Origin: a virus
DNA: 40,869 nucleotides
Virus record (IMG/VR): IMGVR_UViG_3300045988_007604
Span: 1 to 40,869 of that record
Strand: one strand, 5' to 3'
The position numbers were made by a program, and so were the translations under genes. The notes under the pieces were generated by a model. The model made no database searches. It was given only the letters and a program-made list of their open reading frames with translations, and was not told the DNA's origin. This document shows positions 1-8,989 of this stretch, one piece after another. Position 1 is the stretch's first letter, and every line of letters begins with the position of its first letter.

Positions 1-77
1 GGGCGGTCTGCGGGGTTGATTAGGGATTCAGTTTCAGGCTCGGAATCGGAGCACCACAGCATGTTGGCAACTACTCC
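1..77. repeat. Terminal direct repeat, copy 1 (identical to 40793..40869)
   Basis: gggcggtctgcggggttgattagggattcagtttcaggctcggaatcggagcaccacagcatgttggcaactactcc occurs at both ends. Compared base by base, 77/77 identical. Confidence 0.95.
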
Positions 78-110
78 GTTTTCAATGAGTGCCATACTCT
101 TAGCCATCAT
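1..110 (-). CDS. N-terminal part of an 86-aa fibre-adjacent small protein whose remainder is at 40642..40869 (gene spans the circular junction)
   Basis: Minus-strand ATG at 110 (second ATG at 107) preceded by AAGGAGG (114..120). The frame reads MMAKSMALIENGVVAN and then continues, via the duplicated 77 nt, as MLWCSDSEPETE... to the stop at 40642. Absent from the ORF track because it is split. Confidence 0.7.
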   Translation of the reverse strand, partial: MMAKSMALIENGVVANMLWCSDSEPETESLINPADR

Positions 111-248
111 GTACCTCCTTGCAGCCAGAGCCGCCAACAATAACGGGCTGGGGCTTAGATCCGCCAGTGCCTGGGTTGGAAACATACCCAAATGTATAAT
201 TTGATTTAATAAGCAGATTACCCTCGAAGTTTACTGTGCCTGAAATCA

Positions 249-1214
249 TTATGCAGCCCCCCTTGTATTGCGGATGATGGCAATGCCGGAACCGCCGGAG
301 CCACCGCTCGGAGCAGTCCCATTAGAAGTTTCGGTATATTTTCCTCCGCTACCGCCGTCACCAGTGTTTGCTTGCCCATTCTTCTTAGAGACACCACTGC
401 CGCCAGTAGCATACAGCTTACCTGTGCTCTCTCCAAATTCTCTTGTAGTGGTGCCTTGGCCAGCTCCGGCATTTGTTCCGCCGCCGCCATTGGTGGCTCC
501 CTCATGACCACTATTTCCACCACCAGAACCGCCATTTCCGCCGGAACCACCTTGGGGCGCTCCGCCTCCTTTTGCCGTAAATGAAAAGGCAGATGTGTCT
601 CCGCCGGCGCTTCCATTTTCTTTTGGGTCTCTCCATGGGGCTGCCGCACCGGCACCGATGTTGATAGAATATGGTGTGTTTATGGTCACTGAAACACCTG
701 TTTTTGTCATGGTGTACCCGGCTCCTGCCCCTCCGCCTCGCTGTTTGGGCTGGACATATCCGTTAGCCCAGACACCATTACCGCCAGCTCCTCCTCCCCC
801 GACAAGGAAGACGTCGATACCGTCCTCTGCACCATTGAGATTGGTAAACGTCAGCGTGCCGGAAGTTAGGAAGCGGATTTTCCAGTTGCCCTGAGATACA
901 GTGATAGGCTCGTCGGAATCGTTGACAATCTCGTAGTCGCCAGTGTAGGTAAATTCGGGAATGGTATTGAACGAGATTGCTGTACTATAATCGGTCGTGA
1001 TAATCACGTTTTTCTGGGCAGTCTTACCGTCTCCGGTGATGGTAACTGTCCACGTCCCGCTTGCAAGCCCCTTGAACACCACCACGCCGCTCGTGCCGGA
1101 GTTCTTGGTCTTTGTCTTTCCGTCCTTGGAAACAGACACGGTGACGTTCGCCGGGGCTGTGACGGTAAGGGTGCCGCCTGTGCCGCCACCTCCGGTATTT
1201 ACTCTTCCAATCAT
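249..1214 (-). CDS. Glycine-rich tail fibre / distal tail structural protein
   Basis: 321 aa from ATG 1214, which overlaps the upstream stop as ATGA. N-terminal beta-rich part (TLTVTAPANVTVSV, TWTVTITGDG) and a C-terminal half dominated by GGxGG runs (GGGGAGGNG, GGSGGNGGSGGGNSG). Last gene of the tail module. Confidence 0.7.
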   Translation of the reverse strand: MIGRVNTGGGGTGGTLTVTAPANVTVSVSKDGKTKTKNSGTSGVVVFKGLASGTWTVTITGDGKTAQKNVIITTDYSTAISFNTIPEFTYTGDYEIVNDSDEPITVSQGNWKIRFLTSGTLTFTNLNGAEDGIDVFLVGGGGAGGNGVWANGYVQPKQRGGGAGAGYTMTKTGVSVTINTPYSINIGAGAAAPWRDPKENGSAGGDTSAFSFTAKGGGAPQGGSGGNGGSGGGNSGHEGATNGGGGTNAGAGQGTTTREFGESTGKLYATGGSGVSKKNGQANTGDGGSGGKYTETSNGTAPSGGSGGSGIAIIRNTRGAA

Positions 1215-2176
1215 GCGCTTACACCGCCTTTCCAGCAAATAATGGTGGGAATCGTAATTGCCGATTCCGGGGCGCTTGCGGCATACAGATACACACCGCC
1301 GTTATAAGTAGCCGCAACAGGGGCAAAATTGCCGTCAATCGCGTCTGCCACGCCAAGAACCACCTCTGGAATCATGGAGTTCAGAACTCCCGTCAGCGCG
1401 ATCGCTGCACGGAATGGATAATCCTGATATGTAGAATCAGCCACAAACGCGGATACCGGCACGCTGGTATCCGTGAACAGAAGCTTTTTCAGCTCCACCG
1501 CCGTACCGGCTTCCAGATCGGCCAACTCCCGGTTGATGGAATCCAGCACCGATGTGGCTTGCGCCGTGGTATCATCAAGCACATCTTTTACTTGCGCCTG
1601 CGTTTCTTGCAGGAGCGTGGAAAACTGGCTCTGCATTGTGCTTGTATCAATGCCCACCTTTTCCGTCACCAGCCCGCACACCGAAGCGTCAAGCCGCTCG
1701 TCCGTAATCATGGAAGCGGTGATAGCGGTTGTACCGGCTGCAACGGAAATCCGCGCAAGGCTGATCTGCCGGATTGTGCTGTTGTTTGTCAGCGCCGGGG
1801 CTGCCGCCGTCCCGGATTTTGCGCCTTTCAAGATTTTCACTTCCGGATAGTCCACGTAGTTTGTGGTTTTCCACTCCACGATTACGCGATCAATCCGGTT
1901 CAGAACGCCGTCTGCCGCGTCAATGACAAGCTGCAATTTGGCACCGTCAACGGATTCATTATCAATCCACCACACAATGCCGTTCCTGCCGGAATTCGCC
2001 ATCCATCCGGTTCCGTCTGAGACTTCCACCGCCATTCCGGGCGTGGAAAGCGCCTGCACGGATGCATTGCTACCAGCGGCAAAAACGCCGGATGTGCGGC
2101 CATGATGCCAGCGCATAACGTCTTCTGCGCCTATGTATGTATCTTGGTTATTCGGGAAACTTTTGATATTAGCCAT
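1211..2176 (-). CDS. Tail fibre / receptor-binding-type structural protein
   Basis: 321 aa. Lies between the Tal-like protein and the Gly-rich fibre. Central coiled-coil-like segment (TMQSQFSTLLQETQAQVKDVLDDTTAQATSVLDSINRELADLEAG). Start overlaps the upstream gene end (2169..2176). Confidence 0.6.
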   Translation of the reverse strand: MANIKSFPNNQDTYIGAEDVMRWHHGRTSGVFAAGSNASVQALSTPGMAVEVSDGTGWMANSGRNGIVWWIDNESVDGAKLQLVIDAADGVLNRIDRVIVEWKTTNYVDYPEVKILKGAKSGTAAAPALTNNSTIRQISLARISVAAGTTAITASMITDERLDASVCGLVTEKVGIDTSTMQSQFSTLLQETQAQVKDVLDDTTAQATSVLDSINRELADLEAGTAVELKKLLFTDTSVPVSAFVADSTYQDYPFRAAIALTGVLNSMIPEVVLGVADAIDGNFAPVAATYNGGVYLYAASAPESAITIPTIICWKGGVSA

Positions 2177-3197
2177 TTAGTTTCATTGCCCCCAATGCTG
2201 TAAGAATAGGGTCGCCCAGGATAACTTCTGTCCTGGCTTTGTTGTTGTCCAAGGTGTACTTAATGCCCGTAATCCGGGCGCTGAACGATACCCCGAACCG
2301 GGCAGATACGCACGATACAATGTCCCCCAGAGCGTAATACTTGCCCAGATCTTCCGGGTCGATGGATACAGAAAAGGATTTTCGCCGGATTCGCTTTCCC
2401 AGCTCCATTTGTCCATAAGCACGCGCACGGGCTTTGCAATCGGCCGCAGATTCGTCATTTTCCTGCCGAACGGCTGTCTTAAACCAAACTTCCCGGCGAT
2501 TGTCCCCGGTGACGTCACCAACAATCTCAACAAAAGTGTTGTCTGTGCCGCTAAGGCTTCCTTGCACATAGGCCACATTGCAAAGTGTGGAATCGTCGTC
2601 GTTGATTACAAGGTCTTTCGCACTTCCCTGTTCCTCCGAAAATACAATAGCGTGAATGCCGGCCGTCAGGTCACGCCCCTTGTAAAGGCGGAAAGTGTGT
2701 GTCATATCGTCGGGATTCCACTCCATTGTGTGGCCTATGCCTTTTTCTTCAAGAAACGGGATAATTTCATCCAGCAAATTCCCGCCAATGAAAACATTGT
2801 CCGTTTTATCGGTCATCCCGGTTGCCTGTGCAACTTGAATCCTTGTCATTCCCCGGAGATTATCGCTTATCAGCTTGTACACGCCCGTCTCGATAGTTGT
2901 CATGTGGTATTCCGATGCAATGATTCGCTTATTCAAAAGCCAGTTTGCGGTGTATCCATTCGCAGTTATGCGGTTCGTGGTCGTGTCAATCTTTGTATTT
3001 TCTATCACAAATGTTACGTTTCTGCTCGTATCATACAGGAGATTTCCGACTTTCAGTACGTTAATGTTGTAGTCGCTTACCGGCGCAACCAGTATCAGCT
3101 TTCCGATATCGTTGTAGTAAATATTCATGATAACACTGATTGCGTGCCGGATTTCGTACCGGGTGGAAAAATCCTCTTTATAGATTTCAAAGCTCAT
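2169..3197 (-). CDS. Tail-associated / baseplate hub-like protein in the Tal position (resembles siphovirus Gp37-like family)
   Basis: 342 aa immediately after the Dit-like gene, with ATGA-type overlap at 3194..3197. The order TMP-Dit-this gene is the canonical siphovirus tail-tip order. Family assignment is from memory of similar N-termini, not from a search. Confidence 0.6.
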   Translation of the reverse strand: MSFEIYKEDFSTRYEIRHAISVIMNIYYNDIGKLILVAPVSDYNINVLKVGNLLYDTSRNVTFVIENTKIDTTTNRITANGYTANWLLNKRIIASEYHMTTIETGVYKLISDNLRGMTRIQVAQATGMTDKTDNVFIGGNLLDEIIPFLEEKGIGHTMEWNPDDMTHTFRLYKGRDLTAGIHAIVFSEEQGSAKDLVINDDDSTLCNVAYVQGSLSGTDNTFVEIVGDVTGDNRREVWFKTAVRQENDESAADCKARARAYGQMELGKRIRRKSFSVSIDPEDLGKYYALGDIVSCVSARFGVSFSARITGIKYTLDNNKARTEVILGDPILTALGAMKLNG

Positions 3198-4060
3198 AGC
3201 GAAATCCCCACGATCTCCGTTGCGAAATCAATATCCACCTGCAAATTCGCAAGTCCGCTTGTCGCTTCCGGCTTCAACACATTGTCCCCAACTTCCAACT
3301 GAAACAAAGTGCTTTTCAGGCTCAACGCGCCCCGGCAATCTCCGTCGACGGATGACGTTACAGTTGTCCGATCGTGCGTAATCTCTACAATCAGCCGCTC
3401 CCCGCTGACGATAGTTTTATTTATCAGCAGAAATTTTCCCGTCGCGGCGTTGGTGATTTTGGGGTTCTCCACATCACCGCTTGCCGAAAGAGTAGCAGTA
3501 AACGGGACGGGAACCTGGCCGCGATTCTCCACATTGATAAATTTCGCCTCAAACAGCTGGCCGAAACGATACGGCCTTGAAATGTTCCATGGGAATTTGA
3601 ATAGCTTTTGAATGCCGGACAACGTTACCGCTGCGGAATCGTCCTTGCACCAATACGGATACGCCGCCAAAAGGGAAAACTGGAACTGCGCGCCCCATTG
3701 TTTCGCCTCAATGCTGGGCGTTGCCGTAGGCCATACATCCAGATAATAGTCATCCGCGTACAGCTTTCCGGCAAGGTCGGGGCGGATGACGGATATCAGC
3801 TTTTCTTTATTTGCCGCCTGGCCGTCTCCCACCAAATACCCGTTGATATTCACAGGCCTGGGCTGAACGTTTTTGCTCTGAATTGTCGCGCCCGTCTGGT
3901 TGATGCCTTTCGCCTGGGACAGGGCTACCGTTACCGTATCAATGCCCGTGGGCTTGTTGATAAGATATCCACCGGCATAATCAAAGGTAACGGTGTCCCC
4001 GTTTTCGTTCACGTAGCGGAACAACTTGCTTAAATTGTTGAAGTTCGTCAAATCGTCCAC
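3194..4060 (-). CDS. Distal tail protein (Dit, siphovirus tail component)
   Basis: 288 aa directly downstream of the tape measure gene and overlapping its end. Typical size and position for Dit. Confidence 0.7.
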   Translation of the reverse strand: MDDLTNFNNLSKLFRYVNENGDTVTFDYAGGYLINKPTGIDTVTVALSQAKGINQTGATIQSKNVQPRPVNINGYLVGDGQAANKEKLISVIRPDLAGKLYADDYYLDVWPTATPSIEAKQWGAQFQFSLLAAYPYWCKDDSAAVTLSGIQKLFKFPWNISRPYRFGQLFEAKFINVENRGQVPVPFTATLSASGDVENPKITNAATGKFLLINKTIVSGERLIVEITHDRTTVTSSVDGDCRGALSLKSTLFQLEVGDNVLKPEATSGLANLQVDIDFATEIVGISL

Positions 4061-6567
4061 CTCGCTTGTGTGAAATACGCTTCTGTAGCCGCTGCCAGTT
4101 CAACAGGCGTTTGCGCAACGGACTGGATATTCTGGATGATCGTCACGCCGCGTCCACCACCAGCAAAGCCCACTCCATCGTAGTCCGCCCCGCCAGACGC
4201 ACCAGCCGATTTTCCAGCCCTATATGCTCGCGCTTCCTCTGCTGTAAGTACAGTCTCGCCCTTGTGCAAACGTACCAAATAATCATCATAAGGCACATAA
4301 TCAAGGCCGCTCTTCGCACCGGGAATGTTGCTACCCTTGATATTAGCCTTTATCGTGAGCGTGTAGTTTGCGAAGCTATTTGTCAATCGTGATTTCATCT
4401 GGGAAGCAAGAGAATCAAGCTTTGTCAGAACTCCGGGGGTGCTGCTATCGATACCAGCAACCAGTCCGCTCATGGTATTGGTTGCCGCCTCTGTAGCCGC
4501 CGCCTCCTGGTCAAGGTCGCCCACCTTTTCCACGTAGCTGTCTGCGGCCTCCTGCATACGAGCGTTCACATTCTCCACCGCCAGCGCCAATCCATCAGAA
4601 GTTTCGGTTCCTGCGGCCTCATATGCAGAAACATTGTCCATAAGCTCCGCAAGTTTTTTGCTTAGCCCCTCGGTGCCGCCGGACATGTCTTCTAGTTCAT
4701 CACGTAGCCCTGCAAGGAATCCGGCCTGTTCCCCCGTACTCATGGACGCGAGATATTGAGAAAGTCCGTCAACGCTAATGCCTGCAAGGTCTGCTTTTTC
4801 GGAAACAAATGCAAAATCTTCATCAATCTGCTGAAGGACTTCGGTATTTCCTTTAAGATTACCCATGAAATCATCCCACGACATTTTCACAACTTCTATT
4901 TGGGAAGTAAATGCGGACCCCACATCATGCAACCCGTTATAGATGGTGGTATAGGTATTCTGGTAATCCTCCAAAATGGATTGCGCAGTGGCGGCGTATT
5001 CCTCAGAAGCAGCCTTTATCACATTTGCGGGCTTTGCCGCTTCCTCGGCGGCGGCCTGTTCCTGCGCTTGCAGATCGGCAAGATTCTGCTCCGCCTCTTT
5101 TATTGCATCGCCATATTCCTGCATCTCTTTGGATGGGCGCCACTGCGTCGGATTGTATTTATACAGCTCATTCTGTGCCGCCACTAATTCCTCGTACTTT
5201 GCTTTCAGTTCATCCAGCTTTGCCTTTGCTTCTTCCACCGTCTGCGGCTCTCCGGCCAGTTCCTTGACGAACTCCTTGTGTGCCTTGGTTGCCTTTCCGA
5301 TGCCAATCGCCAGAGCCGCTACAGCAGCGGCAATCAAGCCAATTGGATTCGCCTTTATCGCCGTATTCCATGCGTATTGCGCCGCAGTTGCAAGGGAAAT
5401 CTGGCCGGTGAGCACGCCAACGGCTATTTCACTGACGGAAAATACGCCATTCAGTGTGGCTTCTGCAACGGCCGCTTTTCCGCTTTCCGCTGTAAAAAAC
5501 GCAAGCGCCGAGGCATTCGCTGTGAACACGGTAGCAATATTCGCAATGGCCTTCCCGGCCATATTCGCCCCGATTGCAGCACCGGCAACGGTTGCCGCTG
5601 TGGCCGCGAACTCAAACGCCGTGGCGAGAAGATCAATAGCGCTATTCGTTTCCCGGAGATACGAAATAGCTTCTACCGTGGCAGTTCCAACGCCGGTAAC
5701 GATTTGCTGTACACGGGGTATAATGTTCTTTCCGGCTGTAAATACGCTGTCCACGAAGTCCTTGGTAAGTCCTTCCATGTCGGCGCTGCTGTCAGCCATG
5801 CCGGTAGCCAGATTTTGCCATGCTGCTTTCATGGATGCCGTAGAACCCTCGATGGTGCCCGCCGCTTCATTTGCCGCATACCCCGCAAGCCCCTGCATTT
5901 CGATATAGTCCACAAGGGCGGCCTGACAGTCAGCCAGATTGTCAATGGTGTAGGCAGTAGCCTCGCCGTTTTCTGCGTTCCACTCATTTACCTTGTCAAT
6001 CAGCTGCTGGAATCCCTCTTTTGTGGGGGTAATACCCAGCTGCAAATTGTCCAGCATCGTGTAGTTGGATTTCATGATGCCGTTAAAGGCATTCTGTACG
6101 GCTTCTTGGGTGTTTCCGGTTGCCGCAACAACGTCGGCCTCGGCGGTGATAACTTTGTCGGCAAGTTCAGCGGCGGCCTGCACATTGCCGCCAAGGGCGG
6201 TTTTCAGGCCGGTAGCAAATCCATTCACCTGCTGCAAATAGTCGTTCTGGCTCATTTGCACGGTCTTGTAGGCGTTTCTCGCTTTCTCCGCCACAAAATC
6301 GTAAGCGTCGCCAAACATCAGCTGTGCGCCTCCGGCTAACTGCTCATACCGCGCATAACTGGTGTAGGCCGCTTTCCCAACGTCTGCAACTACCCCTGCA
6401 AGCTTCTTTACTCCGGCGATAATCGCGCCGCTGGCAAGGTTGGCTTTCAGAACGTCGGCGAATGTGCTTGTTTTGTTTTCAGAATCCTTTAGTTTACGCT
6501 CATATTCATCTGTATCCAGCGAGATCGTCGCAAACAGCTCGAATACATTAGCCGCCATCCTGCCCAC
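4048..6567 (-). CDS. Tail tape measure protein
   Basis: 839 aa, the longest ORF. Ala/Gly/Glu-rich helical protein with a hydrophobic central stretch (AATVAGAAIGANMAGKAIANIATVF...). Sits between the frameshifted chaperone pair and Dit. Confidence 0.9.
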   Translation of the reverse strand: MGRMAANVFELFATISLDTDEYERKLKDSENKTSTFADVLKANLASGAIIAGVKKLAGVVADVGKAAYTSYARYEQLAGGAQLMFGDAYDFVAEKARNAYKTVQMSQNDYLQQVNGFATGLKTALGGNVQAAAELADKVITAEADVVAATGNTQEAVQNAFNGIMKSNYTMLDNLQLGITPTKEGFQQLIDKVNEWNAENGEATAYTIDNLADCQAALVDYIEMQGLAGYAANEAAGTIEGSTASMKAAWQNLATGMADSSADMEGLTKDFVDSVFTAGKNIIPRVQQIVTGVGTATVEAISYLRETNSAIDLLATAFEFAATAATVAGAAIGANMAGKAIANIATVFTANASALAFFTAESGKAAVAEATLNGVFSVSEIAVGVLTGQISLATAAQYAWNTAIKANPIGLIAAAVAALAIGIGKATKAHKEFVKELAGEPQTVEEAKAKLDELKAKYEELVAAQNELYKYNPTQWRPSKEMQEYGDAIKEAEQNLADLQAQEQAAAEEAAKPANVIKAASEEYAATAQSILEDYQNTYTTIYNGLHDVGSAFTSQIEVVKMSWDDFMGNLKGNTEVLQQIDEDFAFVSEKADLAGISVDGLSQYLASMSTGEQAGFLAGLRDELEDMSGGTEGLSKKLAELMDNVSAYEAAGTETSDGLALAVENVNARMQEAADSYVEKVGDLDQEAAATEAATNTMSGLVAGIDSSTPGVLTKLDSLASQMKSRLTNSFANYTLTIKANIKGSNIPGAKSGLDYVPYDDYLVRLHKGETVLTAEEARAYRAGKSAGASGGADYDGVGFAGGGRGVTIIQNIQSVAQTPVELAAATEAYFTQARWTI

Positions 6568-6886
6568 CGCCTTTCGTCACCAGTTTCAGCCCAGCATTTT
6601 TCACCACATCCGCCACGATATCCTCCGCAGACCGGCTTTCCACCGGCTTCGGGCTGATGATATCCTCGTATCCGATAGATAGATACAATCGCTTGTCACA
6701 CCCCGCCGTGTTTTGCGTTATCATCTGGATACCGTCGGTAATGTAGCGCCGAAGAATTTCGCGTTCGCATTGCTTTTTCAACTCCATGGGAAGAATGGAG
6801 AGGTACGCCCTCGCCCGTACTCTGGGGAGGGCGCACAGTGCGCTGATTATTCGCTCTGCTCCCCACGCCCCCACGATTTGAAAAAA
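6548..6886 (-). CDS. Tail assembly chaperone -1 frameshift extension (gpT-like part of a G-T fusion)
   Basis: The -1 frame opens at the slippery TTTTTTC (6880..6886) and reads FFQIVGAWGAERIIS... to the stop at 6548. It has no RBS of its own and overlaps the 3' end of the gpG-like gene. Confidence 0.75.
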   Translation of the reverse strand, partial: FFQIVGAWGAERIISALCALPRVRARAYLSILPMELKKQCEREILRRYITDGIQMITQNTAGCDKRLYLSIGYEDIISPKPVESRSAEDIVADVVKNAGLKLVTKGGGQDGG

Positions 6887-7218
6887 CTCAGCAGTTCCTT
6901 ATCGTTGGAAAGCTCCTTGATCTGCCAAAGCGTCGCCATGGTACTCTGCGCGGCCACTTCCTCAATGCTCTTTTCGCCCATGATGGACAAAATAGCATAA
7001 ATGTCGGCGCGGTGCGTTTTCAGCAGCAACGGAACAACGGTGGTAATCCTCTGCGCACCAATCAGCATAACGCCGACTTTTGTGGAGTTTTTCTTGTCCA
7101 CCGGCTTGCCGATGGCGTTCATGATTTCCTCATCAGAAACGAGATTCACAATGTGCGGGGTGATCTCGCACAGCACGTCCAGGCACTCGTCCGTGCCAAG
7201 TTGAGATAATTTTCTCAT
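6847..7218 (-). CDS. Tail assembly chaperone (gpG-like)
   Basis: 123 aa between the major tail protein and the tape measure gene. Carries the slippery site near its 3' end. Confidence 0.8.
   Translation of the reverse strand: MRKLSQLGTDECLDVLCEITPHIVNLVSDEEIMNAIGKPVDKKNSTKVGVMLIGAQRITTVVPLLLKTHRADIYAILSIMGEKSIEEVAAQSTMATLWQIKELSNDKELLSFFKSWGRGEQSE
6880..6886 (-). promoter_or_regulatory. Programmed -1 ribosomal frameshift slippery heptamer T_TTT_TTC
   Basis: Zero frame is ...ctg agT TTT TTC aaa tcg..., which fits X_XXY_YYZ. It sits 11 codons before the gpG-like stop, in the conserved position between major tail and tape measure genes. Confidence 0.75.
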
Positions 7219-7228
7219 GCTTGACCTC

Positions 7229-7816
7229 CTACATCGTAGCGGATTCGGCCTCTCCGGCCTTTACGTAAATCTCAAAAGGCGGTGTATCCTGCGCCGTGAT
7301 GGAATAATGCCCGGTAAACTCGAATGCGAACTGGCCTTTGCTCTTGTCGCCGGTTTTCAGCTGGAAACCGCCAGTAGAAAGGCCGTTCAGCATATGGATG
7401 GCCATATAGCCGCCCTTTGTCGCGCCGTTTTTATCGGAGTAGTCGGCCACCAGCCAGATATCCTTGAAATCCTCGGTGGAAATATCGTTTCTGGGCGTGA
7501 TTTTCCCGGCGGCTTCATCAGCGGCGGCCACCATCGATTTTGCGTTAGTGGCGTTCACAGATACGAAAGTGCCGCTAAGCTTCACCTCCCAGCCTTCCAG
7601 CCGTTTCAGCTCCTTTGTGTTCTTGGGGCAGTTATCAATATCTTCGCCGAAATCGGAGAAGCTGGGCGTTGCCGCGAAGGTCAATCCGCCGCTGGTAGCG
7701 CCAATAATAGTGCCGTCGGCGACTTCCGCCGTATCGGGCGAAAAGGCCGAAAGCAGAACACCAGCATTCAGCACAAGCTCCTTAAAGGTATCCTGCGGAA
7801 TTTGTGTAAATTTCAT
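7229..7816 (-). CDS. Major tail (tube) protein
   Basis: 195 aa from ATG 7816 (MKFTQIPQDTFKEL), RBS AGGAGGAAAG upstream. Position is after the neck genes and before the chaperones. The ORF-track N-terminal extension was trimmed. Confidence 0.8.
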   Translation of the reverse strand: MKFTQIPQDTFKELVLNAGVLLSAFSPDTAEVADGTIIGATSGGLTFAATPSFSDFGEDIDNCPKNTKELKRLEGWEVKLSGTFVSVNATNAKSMVAAADEAAGKITPRNDISTEDFKDIWLVADYSDKNGATKGGYMAIHMLNGLSTGGFQLKTGDKSKGQFAFEFTGHYSITAQDTPPFEIYVKAGEAESATM

Positions 7817-7826
7817 TGCTTTCCTC

Positions 7827-8195
7827 CTATATGGTATTGAAAATTGCGGCAACGTTCAGTTGCCGCAATTTGATGGATTGATCTGATTCAAATGTGGAAT
7901 TGATGCACCACGGCTCACCGCGCATAAGCCAAACTGTGCCGGTATCACAAGGCAGCTGAATACCTCCACGTCCTATCGTGCGGGAAATTTCCTCTGCCTT
8001 GGCGTTCGGCTCTGCCTCTTTCTCCGTGTGATACCACAGCTTTACCGTCAGCGAGTTCGCCATATCGCCCCACCCGCCGACGGAGACGGAATAGGTAAGG
8101 TAAGGCATTACGGTATCGCTCGGTACCGCTGTATCCGGATACGCGGGGAGATTAAAGCCGGAAAAGAACTTGTAAAGCGCTTCTGTTGCCGTCAT
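7827..8195 (-). CDS. Tail completion / tail terminator-like neck protein
   Basis: 122 aa from ATG 8195 (MTATEALYKFFSGF), ATGA overlap with the upstream stop. Lies immediately before the major tail gene. Confidence 0.6.
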   Translation of the reverse strand: MTATEALYKFFSGFNLPAYPDTAVPSDTVMPYLTYSVSVGGWGDMANSLTVKLWYHTEKEAEPNAKAEEISRTIGRGGIQLPCDTGTVWLMRGEPWCINSTFESDQSIKLRQLNVAAIFNTI

Positions 8196-8545
8196 TTTGT
8201 CAGCTCCCATTTCTCGGCGGTGACTTGGCACATATCCAAAGTTCCGACCGTGGGCGCTTGCTTATCGCTCCCGTTGCTCGTCACCCGGAAAATTGCGCCA
8301 TCGGAAAGCCGCTTGAATACATCATGGAAAGAAAGCGGATTCGCGCGTCGGGTGGTAATGGTGTACACGCTGGTAACGCCCTCCTTCTCCGCGATTCTGG
8401 ATTGCATGGAGGTATCCAGAATAATAGCCGCGTCGAACTCCGCGCCCTGTGCCCATTCCGTTGCCCAGCCGCCCTCACCGTCCGGGGTGCGCTTCTTTTC
8501 CATCAGTGCGCACGTGTTATTCAGGTAGTAGTCAAGCAAGCTCAT
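8192..8545 (-). CDS. Head closure / head-tail joining protein
   Basis: 117 aa from ATG 8545 (MSLLDYYLNNTCALMEKKRTPDGEGGW), RBS GGAGGAAGAT, ATGA overlap with the upstream gene. Size and position resemble SPP1 gp16-type head closure proteins. Confidence 0.6.
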   Translation of the reverse strand: MSLLDYYLNNTCALMEKKRTPDGEGGWATEWAQGAEFDAAIILDTSMQSRIAEKEGVTSVYTITTRRANPLSFHDVFKRLSDGAIFRVTSNGSDKQAPTVGTLDMCQVTAEKWELTK

Positions 8546-8976
8546 ATCTTCCTCCATATCCGTAAGCGCGGCGCAAACACCGTTTTCCAGCTCGTGCTTT
8601 CGCCGGAGCCGGACGAACTGCTTGCCTTTGTGTACGAGTAGCCGCCGAAAGATTCGCTCTGGTACGGGCTTTGTACGGCCTCGGCGTTCTTCTCCTGCCA
8701 TGTGTTGATTTCTTCCAGAATCGCCAGCACATCCGGCGGTACGCAGATTTCCGTAACGATTCCGGTATAAGTTTCGTTCCGCAAATCAGCATCACCGTAC
8801 ACGTGAATCCCGTTATTCCTCCGGCTCCCTTCGATCAGGTAGTAATCGCCGGTTTCAAGGCCGGGAATAACAATCCGGTTCCTGGTGATTTCCTCCCCGG
8901 TAAACTGCCAGTGCAAGCCGGGGAAGAAATTACGCAGGTACACAAGCAGCTCATACAGGCTTACCGCATGTCCCAT
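8542..8976 (-). CDS. Head-tail connector (adaptor) protein
   Basis: 144 aa, the first gene after the capsid / small HeH gene. Position-based call. Confidence 0.55.
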   Translation of the reverse strand: MGHAVSLYELLVYLRNFFPGLHWQFTGEEITRNRIVIPGLETGDYYLIEGSRRNNGIHVYGDADLRNETYTGIVTEICVPPDVLAILEEINTWQEKNAEAVQSPYQSESFGGYSYTKASSSSGSGESTSWKTVFAPRLRIWRKI

Positions 8977-8989
8977 GTGATTCCCTCCT

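Noticed and set aside
1-77. Terminal 77-bp repeats as attL/attR of an integrated prophage, or as cos/DTR ends
   Set aside because: The repeat lies inside a coding frame that reads through it. There is no host DNA outside it. The integrase-adjacent tRNA fragment at 34115..34141 is the credible att site. An assembly overlap of a circular or permuted genome is the simpler explanation, although a true short DTR cannot be excluded without reads.
249-720. Apparent DNA repetitiveness in the Gly-rich fibre gene (many ggcgg/gccgcc runs), considered as a possible VNTR or CRISPR-like array
   Set aside because: There is no regular repeat-spacer periodicity. The pattern simply reflects Gly (GGN) and Ser/Ala codon runs of a low-complexity protein. 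No CRISPR array, cas gene or leader is present anywhere in the window.
4976-6339. Long plus-strand ORFs (4976..5908, 310 aa; 5278..6339, 353 aa) antisense to the tape measure gene
   Set aside because: They lie entirely inside a well-supported 839-aa minus-strand gene. They have no RBS and show Ala/Ser/Cys/Arg-rich shadow-frame composition typical of the reverse frames of a GC-rich, Ala-rich gene.
8192-8701. N-terminally extended versions of many track ORFs
   Set aside because: The extensions overlap the preceding gene in another frame and lack RBS. Internal ATG/GTG starts with Shine-Dalgarno sequences or ATGA/GTGA coupling to the upstream stop give the expected compact phage gene packing. 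Affected entries are 8192..8701, 7229..7852, 7827..8231, 11028..11576, 17018..17512, 19085..19753, 19973..20455, 20380..20970, 21812..22432, 25041..25943, 34354..34962 and 38585..38956.
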